Source of the DNA: an uncultured virus (IMG/VR IMGVR_UViG_2698536638_000003)
Lineage: Duplodnaviria > Heunggongvirae > Uroviricota > Caudoviricetes
Virus record (IMG/VR): IMGVR_UViG_2698536638_000003
Coordinates: 1 to 64,000 of that record
DNA length: 64,000 nucleotides
Reading direction: 5' to 3' (one strand)
The position numbers were made by a program, and so were the translations under genes. The notes below the pieces were generated by a model. It was not told where the DNA came from. It ran no database searches and saw only the letters and a program-made list of their open reading frames with translations. Of the stretch, positions 27,260 to 37,270 are shown piece after piece. Numbering within the stretch: position 1 is the stretch's first letter; each line of letters begins with the position of its first letter.

Positions 27260-29682
27260 TGAGGCTCGGCCTCGGCCTGGGCCTGGGACGATCGCAAACA
27301 GCGATATCGACTGGGGTCGTTCCGATTGCTCGCCTCTCCGCAAACGCCCGCATCATCGCGGTGGGCGACAGCAACACGCAATATGGTGCGAGCCTGTCGG
27401 GCAGCACGCTGGCCTACAGCAACCTGAGCGATCTGCCGGTGCTGGCCTCGCTCGCAGGCAACTACAACGAAGATATCTTCGCGGAAGCGTGGGGCACGGT
27501 CCCGGGCTGGCAGGGCTCCAACTATGGGGTCGCCGGCGAGAGCATGATCGGCATCAATCCGCGCCTGACGGACGCCCTGCGATACGCTCCCGACGCGATG
27601 TATATCGCCGGCGGCACGAACGACGGCGCGGACAACTCCGCTGGCGGTATCTCGATCGCCAACAACTACATCACCAAGGCCCAGGAAGCGCGGGCAGCCG
27701 GCGTCAAATACGTGGTCATTCGCGCTATCCCGCCCGTCGCAGGCGCGCAGTTCAGCACCAACCGCCATCAGGGCCGGCTGAGCTTCCTGGCGACCGTCAA
27801 CGCCTTTGCGGCTGCAAACCCAACCTGGTGCAGGGTCGCCGACATCTACACGCCGAACATCCAGGCGACCGGCGAGGCCGTGGCCGGCTATCTCCAAGCG
27901 GACGGCCTGCATTTCACCGAGTTTGGATGCTTCCTTAACAGCCAGATCGTCAAGGCCGTGTTCGACTCGATCACGGTCCCCGGCGCCACCAACCTTCCCG
28001 CCAACATGGTGGCCAACAACCAGATCGCCAACGGCGGCACTCTGACTGGCTCCGGCGGCACCAAGACCGGCGTTACCGGCAGCCTGCCCGATGGGTGGAA
28101 CGCCGTCCGGACCGGAACGTCCGCGGTGGTGGCCTCTCTGGTTGCCAATGCTGATACGGGTGGCCAGACCCTACAGTTCAACATCACGCCGGCTGCGGGG
28201 TCAGGCAGCGATAGTGTTGCGATCTCGCCGATCGCCAACCTCGCTCTGACCGCCGGCAATTGGTATCAGGCCTGGACGGAGATCGAGGTCACCAATGGCG
28301 GCCGGATTTCACTCGTGCATCCTGGCACCGACGCCAACGGCAATAACACTTTCAGCTCGCAGGCGGGCATCAGCTACTACACCAAGCAGTTCCTGCGCAC
28401 GCCGCCATTCAAGGCGACCGGAGCTTCCAAGCCCGCCATCAACCTCGTTATCCCGCAAGGTGGCGCGGCTTTCGTGGCCCGCATCAAGCGCGTGTTCGTC
28501 GTGCCGGTGGTAAGCCCCTACACGACCTGGGGCGTCACGACGCCGCCGGTCAACATCGTTGCGCCCTCGGTCTCGATCCCTGGCGCCCGCGCCGTTGGCT
28601 CGGTGGTCACGATCAATCCGGGCACCTGGACGGGCGTGCTTGGCGGCTCGCAACAGCAGAAGCGCTATCGGGCCGCCCTCTACCGCGATGGTGTCTTCGT
28701 CTCGAATATCGACTTCTCCGGTGTAAACGGCGCGGGTGCTTATCTCGCTGGCTCCTATACTCTGGTCGCTGCTGATGTCGGCAAGTCGCTTCGCTTCGAC
28801 GTGAGCGCCGCCAACCAGGCGGAAAACCGATCGGCCGCTATCAGCGCATCGCTTGGCGGCGACATCACCGCTCCCGTCCTGCAATCGGCCGCCGCCTCGG
28901 CCAACACCAACACCATCGTCCTGACCTACGACGAAGTGCTCAAGAGCCCGGCGCCGAGCATCAGCGCATTCACGCTCGCCAACACGGGCGGCACCGACAC
29001 CATCACTGGCGTTGCGGTCTCCGGCCGCACGATCGTCATCACCAAGAGCCGTTCGACCCAGACCGGCGATACCATGACGCTTGACTATGCCGTGCCTGGC
29101 GCCAACCCGATCGCAGACCTGGCCGGCAACAATGCGGCCGCCATCGTCGCGCAGTCCATCTTGATCTCAGATGTGCTGATGCGCCTGCAGAGCCTCGGCG
29201 CGCAGATGGTCGAGACCGTCAATGGCAGTGGCTACAACTACAACTCGTCGGCGACCGGGTTCTCAGGCACCGGCTACGGTGTATCCAATAAGAAGCTGCC
29301 CTCCGGACAGGACGGCTATCTGGGCGTCAAGAAAGCCACCAGCTCGCTCGTTGCTATTATGTTCAAGTCCACTCAGGTCGCCGGTTCCTACAATTCGGGC
29401 GTCCTCGGAGCCTACAGCACCGCAGCGAACGGAGCCTACAGCGCCGCTGGTGCAGGATCGACCGTCACCAATGCCACCAACTCGGCGGCGGGCGACGAGA
29501 TCAGACTCCGACGCGCGGGCTCGTCGGCGTTCTTCGAGGTTCGGCGCGCAGCAGGCGGTGCATGGATCACCGTCTTTACGTGGGCCACCGTCACGACTGC
29601 CGATCTGTGGCTCAACGTCTACTGTGGCACGACCGCGGCACAGAACGCTCAGCTGCCCTACGGCAGTCCGAACGTCATCTAG
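27256..29682 (+). CDS. Putative head fibre with SGNH esterase, carbohydrate-binding-like and Ig-like domains
   Basis: MMRLGLGLGLG start; SGNH blocks GDSNT, GVAG, GTND and DGLH; Gly/Ser/Thr/Ala-rich C-terminal domains. Confidence 0.8.
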   Translation: MMRLGLGLGLGRSQTAISTGVVPIARLSANARIIAVGDSNTQYGASLSGSTLAYSNLSDLPVLASLAGNYNEDIFAEAWGTVPGWQGSNYGVAGESMIGINPRLTDALRYAPDAMYIAGGTNDGADNSAGGISIANNYITKAQEARAAGVKYVVIRAIPPVAGAQFSTNRHQGRLSFLATVNAFAAANPTWCRVADIYTPNIQATGEAVAGYLQADGLHFTEFGCFLNSQIVKAVFDSITVPGATNLPANMVANNQIANGGTLTGSGGTKTGVTGSLPDGWNAVRTGTSAVVASLVANADTGGQTLQFNITPAAGSGSDSVAISPIANLALTAGNWYQAWTEIEVTNGGRISLVHPGTDANGNNTFSSQAGISYYTKQFLRTPPFKATGASKPAINLVIPQGGAAFVARIKRVFVVPVVSPYTTWGVTTPPVNIVAPSVSIPGARAVGSVVTINPGTWTGVLGGSQQQKRYRAALYRDGVFVSNIDFSGVNGAGAYLAGSYTLVAADVGKSLRFDVSAANQAENRSAAISASLGGDITAPVLQSAAASANTNTIVLTYDEVLKSPAPSISAFTLANTGGTDTITGVAVSGRTIVITKSRSTQTGDTMTLDYAVPGANPIADLAGNNAAAIVAQSILISDVLMRLQSLGAQMVETVNGSGYNYNSSATGFSGTGYGVSNKKLPSGQDGYLGVKKATSSLVAIMFKSTQVAGSYNSGVLGAYSTAANGAYSAAGAGSTVTNATNSAAGDEIRLRRAGSSAFFEVRRAAGGAWITVFTWATVTTADLWLNVYCGTTAAQNAQLPYGSPNVI

Positions 29683-29768
29683 GCCGACTGCATCACAACG
29701 CAGCACGCCTAAGTGTCTTTGCCGACACCGGATCACCATCTGTTGTGTGACCTACATAAGGACGCACT

Positions 29769-31214
29769 GTGCCCGCATTTGACTTCCTCAACGCGATCGT
29801 CCCTGCGAAGAAGAAAGCCAAGGCTGGCGGCACCGCCTCCACGCCCACTTTCAACCCGCAGCAGACCGACCGAGTCCTGACCGTCCCGCAATACCGGGAC
29901 CATCTCACGGACCTATTCACCTCCCGCCAGTCCGACGATAGCCGGACCCTCCTGCAATCCCTGTTCAAGTTCGACCCCGACGTCTCGGCGGCGCTCAACG
30001 CCTACCTCACGATGGCGAACACCGACTGGATCATCCTGGCGCGCGACCTGGAGAGCAACATCGATCGGGACGCCACCAAGAGCCTAATGCTGGCCATCGA
30101 GAAGATTGGCCGGCCGACCGATTACACCTTGGGCTTCCAGCTCAAAAAGACCCTGCGCTCGATCGCCGAGGAGCTGCGCTACATGTGCCTGCTCCGCGGT
30201 GGCATCGCCGCCGAGCTGATCGTCGACAAGCTGATGATGCCCGACCGTATCCGCAACGTCGATCTGTCGACCATCCAGTGGTACGAAAAGAAGCCAGGCG
30301 AGTACAAGCCGATCCAGAAGATTGCGGGCTCGAACGACGAGATCAATCTCGACATCCCGACCTTCTTCGTCTCGCACTACCGCAAGGACCCGACCTCGAT
30401 CTACGGCACCTCGACCTTCGTGTCGTCGATCAACACGATCGCCGCGCGCCAGCAGGTGATCAACGATCTCTACCGCATCATGCGCCTGACGGGCTTCCCC
30501 CGCATGTCGGTCGAGGTGGTCGAGGAGGTCCTGACCAAGAACGCGCCCGAGAGCATCAAGTCGGACGAGATCAAGCTGCGCGAGTGGAAGTCGAACCGCC
30601 TGGGCGAGATCCGCTCCGTAATTGAGGGTCTGCGCTCAGACCAGCCGCTGATCCATTTCGACAGCGTGAAGCCGTCGATGATCAACGACAGCAAGCCAGG
30701 CGCCGGCGTCGACATCACCGCCATCATCGAGACGCTCAACGCCCAGAACCAGGCTGCGCTCAAGACCATGGCGACCGTGATCGGCCGCGGCGCGTCCGGC
30801 GTCAACACCGGCTCGGTCGAAGCACGCATCGCCGCCATGAACGCCGACGAGCTCAACGAGCCGATCGCCGAGCTGCTGCAGAACATCTTCTCCTTCGTCC
30901 TGCACCAGCAGGGGTTCCAGGGCTTCGTCGAAGTCCAGTTCCGCAAGGCCGAGCTGCGCCCCGACACTGAACTCGAGCCACAGCTGACGCTGAAGTCCAG
31001 CCGCCTTCGCCAGGACCTGTCAGACGGCCTTATCACCGACGACGAGTATCACCTGTGGATGTATGGTCGATTGAAGCCGGACAGCGCGCCCGACATGAGC
31101 GGCACGGGCTTCATGACCCCCGTCAAGACCAAGGCCGAAGAGGTCAGCCCGAACGATGACCCACTCGGCCGGTCGCTCGCGCCCGAGGGTGGCAAAGCGG
31201 CGAGGAGCAACTAG
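29769..31214 (+). CDS. Portal protein
   Basis: 481 aa, helical, lies between terminase and head genes. Confidence 0.75.
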   Translation: MPAFDFLNAIVPAKKKAKAGGTASTPTFNPQQTDRVLTVPQYRDHLTDLFTSRQSDDSRTLLQSLFKFDPDVSAALNAYLTMANTDWIILARDLESNIDRDATKSLMLAIEKIGRPTDYTLGFQLKKTLRSIAEELRYMCLLRGGIAAELIVDKLMMPDRIRNVDLSTIQWYEKKPGEYKPIQKIAGSNDEINLDIPTFFVSHYRKDPTSIYGTSTFVSSINTIAARQQVINDLYRIMRLTGFPRMSVEVVEEVLTKNAPESIKSDEIKLREWKSNRLGEIRSVIEGLRSDQPLIHFDSVKPSMINDSKPGAGVDITAIIETLNAQNQAALKTMATVIGRGASGVNTGSVEARIAAMNADELNEPIAELLQNIFSFVLHQQGFQGFVEVQFRKAELRPDTELEPQLTLKSSRLRQDLSDGLITDDEYHLWMYGRLKPDSAPDMSGTGFMTPVKTKAEEVSPNDDPLGRSLAPEGGKAARSN

Positions 31215-31216
31215 CC

Positions 31217-31561
31217 ATGGCAATCAACCTTCGAGCCAGAGTGATCCAAGCCGGCTATCCCTGGCGGGTTCGGCTCCAGTTTGCCAACTCCCTTACGTTC
31301 GACGTGGGCGCCACGCTCGTCATGCAGGTCCGCGCCAATGTCGACGACGCGCAGCCGATCGTGTCTCTGACGACCGAAAACGGTGGCGTAACCCGCGTCG
31401 ACAACACCACCTTGGTGATCACCATCCCAGCTACTTCAGCCAACCTGTGGCCGATCGGCAAGACGGTCGTCATGGACTTGGTCCGCACCGATGGTGGCTC
31501 GCCCGAACACACGGGGTTCCGCTTGAAGGTCCCTGTCAGAAATCCAGTGACGAGGTTGTAA
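31217..31561 (+). CDS. Fibre adaptor (BppU/LtfC-like Ig fold)
   Basis: MQVR...SLTTENGGV...VITIPA pattern typical of fibre-anchoring proteins. Confidence 0.55.
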   Translation: MAINLRARVIQAGYPWRVRLQFANSLTFDVGATLVMQVRANVDDAQPIVSLTTENGGVTRVDNTTLVITIPATSANLWPIGKTVVMDLVRTDGGSPEHTGFRLKVPVRNPVTRL

Positions 31562-31562
31562 C

Positions 31563-33158
31563 GTGGAAGACATCATCGAAATCGACGGTGGTGAAGGCGA
31601 CTTGCTCGTCAGTGTCTTCGGTGAGGGCACCGTAACGATCGAGGGCGTCGGCCAGGCCGGTGTGAAGGGCGACAAGGGTGACCAAGGCATCCAGGGCATC
31701 CAGGGCATTCAAGGCATCCAGGGGCTGAAGGGTGACATAGGCGACACCGGCCCGAAGGGTGATAAGGGCGACCAGGGCATCCAGGGCATTCAAGGCATCC
31801 AGGGACTGAAGGGTGACATAGGCGACACCGGCCCGAAGGGCGATAAGGGCGACCAGGGCGACCAGGGCATCCAGGGCATCCAAGGTTTGCCAGGCTCGGG
31901 CAACGGCGACATGGAGAGGGTCGACTACGACACCGACGCTGATGGCAAGGTCAACGCCGCCGATGTCGCCGACAGCGCGCCATGGGGTGGCATCACGGGC
32001 AAGCCGGCAGATTTCCCGCCCTCGGCGCACACGCATGCCTTCGTCGACCTGACGGGCAAGCCGACGACGCTCGACGGCTACAACATCGTCATGACCAACG
32101 CGCGCTTCCTGGGTCGCACCACGGCCGGCACCGGGGGTGTTGAGGAGCTGACGGCCGCCAACATGCGCTCCGCGCTCAACGTCGCGGACGGCGCCACCAC
32201 CAACCAGACTGACGGCTATCTGGTCGACCGCAGCCACCACACCGGCACACAGCTCGCCGCTACGATCTCGGATTTCTCGACGGCGGCCGATGCTCGCATC
32301 GCTGCCAAGATCGGGGTCTCGGTCCAGGCCTACAACGCCGCGCTGACCGGCACGACTGGCACCTTCACGACCGCCATGAGCAACAAGCTCAACTTCATCT
32401 CGGTCACTGCAGCTGTTGACCTCGACGACCTTCGCCTGAAGGTGCTGGGCCTCGACCAGGCTGTGATCCTGAAGGGCACCTGGGATGCCTCCACCGGCTC
32501 ATTCCCCGGCGCCGGCGCGGCCCAGGCTGGCTGGACCTACATCATCTCGACTGGCGGCACCGTAAACGGCCAGACGTTCGTAAACGGCGATCGCATCGTC
32601 GCCATTGTCGACAACGCCTCGACCACAACCTTTGCCACCAACTGGTTCAAGGAAGACTACACCGACGCCGTGCTGTCGGTCGCCGGCCGCACCGGGGCCG
32701 TGGTGCTGACTGCTGCCGATATCGACGACAGCGGCACCAGCTACAAGTTCATGACGTCGGCGCAGATCACTAAGCTCGCCGGCATCGCCACGGGTGCGAC
32801 TGCAAACTCGACTGACGCCGCCCTGCGCGACCGCGCCACACACACCGGCACCCAGTCGGCCGACACGCTGACGGACGGCACGACCAATAAGGCCTTCCTG
32901 GCCACCGAGCGGACCAAGCTGGCTGGCATCGCCTCGGGCGCAACGGTCAACGACACCGACGCCAACCTGAAGAACCGGGCAAACCACACCGGAACCATGT
33001 CGACGGACGCCCTGACGAATGGCACCACGACCAAGGTCTACCTGGCTTCCGAGCAGACCAAGCTGGCCGCTGTTGGCACGATGGCGAACCGAGCTGTCAC
33101 CATTTCGACCGCAGCGCCCAGCGGCGGTGTCGATGGCGACGTCTGGTTCCAGGTCTGA
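31563..33158 (+). CDS. Collagen-repeat fibre protein
   Basis: Gly-X-Y run (GDKGDQGIQ...), three RxxHTGT repeats, C-terminal APSGGVDGDVW. Confidence 0.85.
   Translation: MEDIIEIDGGEGDLLVSVFGEGTVTIEGVGQAGVKGDKGDQGIQGIQGIQGIQGLKGDIGDTGPKGDKGDQGIQGIQGIQGLKGDIGDTGPKGDKGDQGDQGIQGIQGLPGSGNGDMERVDYDTDADGKVNAADVADSAPWGGITGKPADFPPSAHTHAFVDLTGKPTTLDGYNIVMTNARFLGRTTAGTGGVEELTAANMRSALNVADGATTNQTDGYLVDRSHHTGTQLAATISDFSTAADARIAAKIGVSVQAYNAALTGTTGTFTTAMSNKLNFISVTAAVDLDDLRLKVLGLDQAVILKGTWDASTGSFPGAGAAQAGWTYIISTGGTVNGQTFVNGDRIVAIVDNASTTTFATNWFKEDYTDAVLSVAGRTGAVVLTAADIDDSGTSYKFMTSAQITKLAGIATGATANSTDAALRDRATHTGTQSADTLTDGTTNKAFLATERTKLAGIASGATVNDTDANLKNRANHTGTMSTDALTNGTTTKVYLASEQTKLAAVGTMANRAVTISTAAPSGGVDGDVWFQV
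31665..31885 (+). repeat. Collagen-coding tandem repeat (81-nt period with internal 9-nt units)
   Basis: CTGAAGGGTGACATAGGCGACACCGGCCCGAAGGG starts at both 31725 and 31806. Confidence 0.85.
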
Positions 33159-33922
33159 TGTTTCCCTATGTAAAACAAGGTGGCGTGTGGGTTCCGGCCC
33201 AGACGTTCGTCAAGACTGGCGGCGTCTGGAAGCGCACGACCACTTCGGTCAGGAATGCGGGCGTCTGGGCCACGGAACAGCTATTTGCCACTGATTTCGG
33301 CGAATACACAGTCGGCCAGGCGCCTTCAGACTGGACGTCACGTTATGGTGCTGGCACGTCCATCGCTGTCCAGTCGGTGGCCGGGAGCCTCAGTGGCAAG
33401 GCGCTGCGCTTCACCAAGACTTCTGCAGCCCGCAACTTCTTCTCCTGGGACCGTGTGCCCCAGGTGGCGGATGTTGAAATCCTCGCACGGCTGCGCTCTA
33501 TCGAAGTGGCTAGCGTCGCTCAAAGTATCCTCCGTCTGACCGGCCGTGCATCAGGCGCCGCCCTGTCTGAGAACTGCCATACCGCGGGCGCCCACTGGCA
33601 CTCATCGTCGGGAACGGCGTGGCGGCAGAACTCCCACGTAATTGTCAACGGCACTAGCACCGTCCTGCTGCCTCAGAACGACGCCCCGTCACCGAGCTTC
33701 GTGGTCGGCAACTGGTTCTGGATCCGCTTCCGAATGCAGGGGAACAGCTTCTCCTACAAGCTCTGGTGGCAGGGGGCGGCGGAACCTGCGACCTTCCAGA
33801 CCTACACCAACACTGCACTGTCCACGGCGGGCTACACTGGTATTTCGACTGTCGAGGATAACCCCGACTCCGAGTGCGACTTCTTCTCAGTGGCTACGGG
33901 CGGTGCTACCGCGCTGACTTAA
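33158..33922 (+). CDS. Fibre-tip lectin-like receptor-binding protein
   Basis: Repeated VKxGGVW N-terminus and a beta-sandwich-like C-terminus; coupled to the fibre gene. Confidence 0.6.
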   Translation: MFPYVKQGGVWVPAQTFVKTGGVWKRTTTSVRNAGVWATEQLFATDFGEYTVGQAPSDWTSRYGAGTSIAVQSVAGSLSGKALRFTKTSAARNFFSWDRVPQVADVEILARLRSIEVASVAQSILRLTGRASGAALSENCHTAGAHWHSSSGTAWRQNSHVIVNGTSTVLLPQNDAPSPSFVVGNWFWIRFRMQGNSFSYKLWWQGAAEPATFQTYTNTALSTAGYTGISTVEDNPDSECDFFSVATGGATALT

Positions 33923-34208
33923 GAGGTGTCTGAAACTCGGCATGGTGAACGATCTGCTCGCCAAAGCGCTCATCGTCCGTTTCGATCATACCATTAGAAG
34001 ACATCCTGACCCTTAGCGGCACGTCGTGGACCGGATCGTTGCACTGCAGAACGAGCTTGCCCTCGTTGACTTCGAGCGTGACGCTAAAGACGTTGCCGTC
34101 AGGGTCGGTCACGTCAACATCCACGCAATTCTTCCGGGGGTCTATATTGAAGCTCCACTTAGGCTGCTCACCGGTTAGGTCGTCGAGGGGTCTGATCAGA
34201 TATTGCAT
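33906..34208 (-). CDS. Antisense moron; paralog of 6550-7062
   Basis: 100-aa ORF aligning to the early-region protein. Confidence 0.65.
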   Translation of the reverse strand: MQYLIRPLDDLTGEQPKWSFNIDPRKNCVDVDVTDPDGNVFSVTLEVNEGKLVLQCNDPVHDVPLRVRMSSNGMIETDDERFGEQIVHHAEFQTPLKSAR

Positions 34209-34421
34209 GATACTTTTGGTGCGCCTTTATTAGTGATGTCTAAATCATGGATGCTGTTGGGCATCGTCGGACGACTTAATGCGCCCCCCTGCGGCGATCA
34301 ACCCCAAAACGATCATGCGACGATTTTAATCTGACCATCACCGTGCATCAATGTGCTGCACACCGGGTTTGCTACCTGGCCAACAAATCACGACATGCCA
34401 CCCAACAACGCAGGGTATGTC

Positions 34422-35549
34422 GTGAAGCAAATTGCGAAAACACCGGAGATCATCGCTCGCCTGAAACAGGCCGGCGCCTCCGTTGAAAACGTCGCAGTCT
34501 TCGAAGCAATCGCCCTGAACAATCTTCCGCTGCGCAAGCGACAACACGTCTACAACGGCGCCGTCGCCCAGCGATCATTTCTTCTGGAGATGGCCCTGGC
34601 ACTCGAGACCGAGAGCCGCCCGCTCCAGATCATGCACGACGGTGGGCTCCTGCCGATCGGTCGCATCTTCCGCGGCCAGGTCGTTGACGGCGTCGATACC
34701 GAACTACGGACGCTCTTCTGGGTCGATAGGGAGCACGAAGACAAGATCCGTCAGATCGACAACGGCACCATCGACCAGGTCTCGGTCGGTATCCTGCCCA
34801 AGCAGATGATCTGCTCGGCTGACGGTTTCGACTTCTTCGGACCCGAAAGCGACTTCGAAACGATATTCACCGGCACCACGCCCGATGGGCACACGGTCGG
34901 TGAGAACGGCGTCTACTGCAAGATGGTGGGCCTCGAAGCATTCTTCGAGATGTCCCTCGTCGGGCAGGGCGGCGCTCAAAACGCGCGCATCGTGAACAAC
35001 GATCAAAGCCACTTTTCGCCTCAGATGAAGGCGCTGGCCGCGAACGTCACGCTCGATCGTCTCGCACTCACCGCAACTGCAACTATCAGGGAAACGCCCA
35101 TCATGGACACCAAGGAACTTCTGGCCGAACTGCGCACCACCGAGAAGGAGAGCATGAAGGTCAGCATCGAAAACGAGCAGCTGAAGGCTTCGAACCTCTC
35201 CCTCACGACCGAGCGCGACACGCTCAAGACCGAGCTGGCCACGGCCAAACAGGGCGCCCCGGCGATCCAGACCGAGCTCGACGAGCTGAAGACCAAGAAC
35301 ACTGCCACCGAGGCGAGCCTTTCGGCCGCCGACCTGGCGCTCCGCGACATCTGCAAGAGGGTCCTGACGGCCTCGGGCAAGGTCGACGCTGAAGTGCCGG
35401 CCAAGCTGGAAGACGTCGTCGCAAAGATCACCGACACCGCAAGCGGCCTCGCAGCCGTCCTGGTGGCCGGTGGAAGAGCCAAGGGCGCCGAGGATGACCT
35501 CGAAGCCTCGGCAACCCCGGCGGTGGCGTCCTTCCGGACCCGTCGCTAA
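34422..35549 (+). CDS. Prohead protease / scaffold fusion
   Basis: H (IMHD), QVSVG and EMSLV motifs plus a coiled-coil C-terminus; precedes the capsid genes. Confidence 0.75.
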   Translation: MKQIAKTPEIIARLKQAGASVENVAVFEAIALNNLPLRKRQHVYNGAVAQRSFLLEMALALETESRPLQIMHDGGLLPIGRIFRGQVVDGVDTELRTLFWVDREHEDKIRQIDNGTIDQVSVGILPKQMICSADGFDFFGPESDFETIFTGTTPDGHTVGENGVYCKMVGLEAFFEMSLVGQGGAQNARIVNNDQSHFSPQMKALAANVTLDRLALTATATIRETPIMDTKELLAELRTTEKESMKVSIENEQLKASNLSLTTERDTLKTELATAKQGAPAIQTELDELKTKNTATEASLSAADLALRDICKRVLTASGKVDAEVPAKLEDVVAKITDTASGLAAVLVAGGRAKGAEDDLEASATPAVASFRTRR

Positions 35550-35582
35550 CCGCAACCCACAGCCAACAGGGAAACCATACCA

Positions 35583-35984
35583 ATGGCCACTTACTCTCAT
35601 CAGAACGTCACGCTGCGTGGTTTCCACTGGGAAGTCTCGTCGCTCACCTTCAACCTCGCTACCGGCATCGTCGCCAATGATGTTGGCAAGGGTGTCTCGG
35701 TTGATACCTCCGGCCCCAACAAGGTCAAGCTCGCCGCTGACGGCGACACCATCATCGGCCGCCTCGCGTCGGTCGAAGATCGTTCGGTCGAAGGCACCAA
35801 GATCGGCGCCGTCGAGCTGCAGTTCGCCAACATCCTCCCGATCAAGGCGGGCGCGGTCGTTGCAGTCGGCGACACGGTTGTCGGCGCGGGTGCCGGCGAG
35901 GTGAAGGCAGCTGCTACCCCGAACCACTCCGCCAACTTCGTCGCCGAGATCATCGGCACGAACGCGGTGGTCGTGAAAGTTTAA
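35583..35984 (+). CDS. Capsid decoration/cement protein
   Basis: 133 aa, Ala/Gly/Val-rich, between protease and capsid. Confidence 0.7.
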   Translation: MATYSHQNVTLRGFHWEVSSLTFNLATGIVANDVGKGVSVDTSGPNKVKLAADGDTIIGRLASVEDRSVEGTKIGAVELQFANILPIKAGAVVAVGDTVVGAGAGEVKAAATPNHSANFVAEIIGTNAVVVKV

Positions 35985-36016
35985 TCGAACCCCGAACGAA
36001 ACGAGGAAACACCAAA

Positions 36017-37216
36017 ATGAACTACAAGCCTCTCTCTCAGGTCAAGCGTCGGGGTGTCGAGACTCTCGCCGCTCTGCGCCACGAAGATCCCATGGCGTCG
36101 GTCAACGCCGGCAAGAAGCTGCTCGCCGAAGCCAAGTCGTTTGGCCTGGGCATGCGCGACTACCTCAACCTCGCGATCGACGTGCGCGGTTCCGAGGAAG
36201 CCGAGAAGCGTTACCGCGACGACCGCGGCTACCTGTCGGGCTACGAAGCCTCGCTGGCCCTGCTGAACCTGCCGATCCAGAACGACTTCGAGCGCGGCAT
36301 CGTGCTGGAAGCTGCGTCGGACACGTTCCAGACGTTCCCCGGCGTCCGCGCCATCTTCCCGGAAGTCGTCGATGACGTCGTCCGCTGGAAGTTCCGTCAG
36401 GACAACCACGAGACCTCCGCTGCGCTCGTCGGTTCGAGCCGCACCATGTCGGGCGTCGAGCTGATCTCGACCGTCGTGGACGACAAGGCTGACGACTACC
36501 AGACCGTGTCGGCTGTCGCCGAGCTCGGCCGCTTCCCGGTCAAGACGATCCGTCTGTCCGAGCAGTCGGTCAAGTTCTACAAGCACGGTGGTGGCTATCG
36601 CTTCTCGTACGAGTTCGACCGTCGCGCCAGCATCGAGACGCTGGTGCCGTACGTCAACCGTATGGACCGCGAGAAGGAGCTGTCGAAGGTTCGTGCGGCC
36701 ACGCACATCCTGATCAACGGTGACGGCGTGAACCCGGCAGCTCCGGTCGTGGGTCAGAAGTCCTTCGTGGCGGCTGCGGTCGACAAGAAGCTGAACTACG
36801 AAGCGCTGCTCCGCTGGCTCGTTGCCCGCGCCCAGGCCGGCATCCCGATCGACACCGTTGTCGGCAACTGGGACGCCTACATCGACTGGCTGCTGCTGTT
36901 CGCCATCCCGACGTCGAATGCAAACCGCACCGACGCCGAGAACCTGGCGGCCTCCGGCTTCCAGATGGGCGGCGTGCCGATCCTGCGCGGCACCGTGAAC
37001 TTCGCCCTCTCGTCCGCTGCCCCGAACAAGCAGCTGATCGGCATGTCGCGCGGCGACACGCTGGAAGAGCTGAACGAAGGCGGTTCGCAGATCGAGGAGA
37101 CCGAGCGCGCGATCACCAACCAGTCGATCACGTTCACGAAGTCGGAGAACACCGGGTACAAGCTGGCCTTCAGCGACACCCGCTCGATCTACGACTACGA
37201 CAGCACCGACGACTAA
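36017..37216 (+). CDS. Major capsid protein
   Basis: 399 aa; strong Shine-Dalgarno and codon bias; position; downstream hairpin. Confidence 0.85.
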   Translation: MNYKPLSQVKRRGVETLAALRHEDPMASVNAGKKLLAEAKSFGLGMRDYLNLAIDVRGSEEAEKRYRDDRGYLSGYEASLALLNLPIQNDFERGIVLEAASDTFQTFPGVRAIFPEVVDDVVRWKFRQDNHETSAALVGSSRTMSGVELISTVVDDKADDYQTVSAVAELGRFPVKTIRLSEQSVKFYKHGGGYRFSYEFDRRASIETLVPYVNRMDREKELSKVRAATHILINGDGVNPAAPVVGQKSFVAAAVDKKLNYEALLRWLVARAQAGIPIDTVVGNWDAYIDWLLLFAIPTSNANRTDAENLAASGFQMGGVPILRGTVNFALSSAAPNKQLIGMSRGDTLEELNEGGSQIEETERAITNQSITFTKSENTGYKLAFSDTRSIYDYDSTDD

Positions 37217-37228
37217 GAGCCAACGGCA

Positions 37229-37251
37229 CCGCCGCCCACCCTGGGCGGCGG
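37229..37251 (+). terminator. Hairpin after the capsid gene (stabiliser or weak terminator)
   Basis: CCGCCGCCCA-CCC-TGGGCGGCGG; no U-tract. Confidence 0.5.
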
Positions 37252-37270
37252 GCCTCTGTGAGGACCCCCC

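Noticed and set aside
31665..31885. Direct repeats as a possible CRISPR array or DGR repeat
   Set aside because: They encode in-frame Gly-X-Y collagen and have no unique spacers; no cas or reverse transcriptase gene is in the window.
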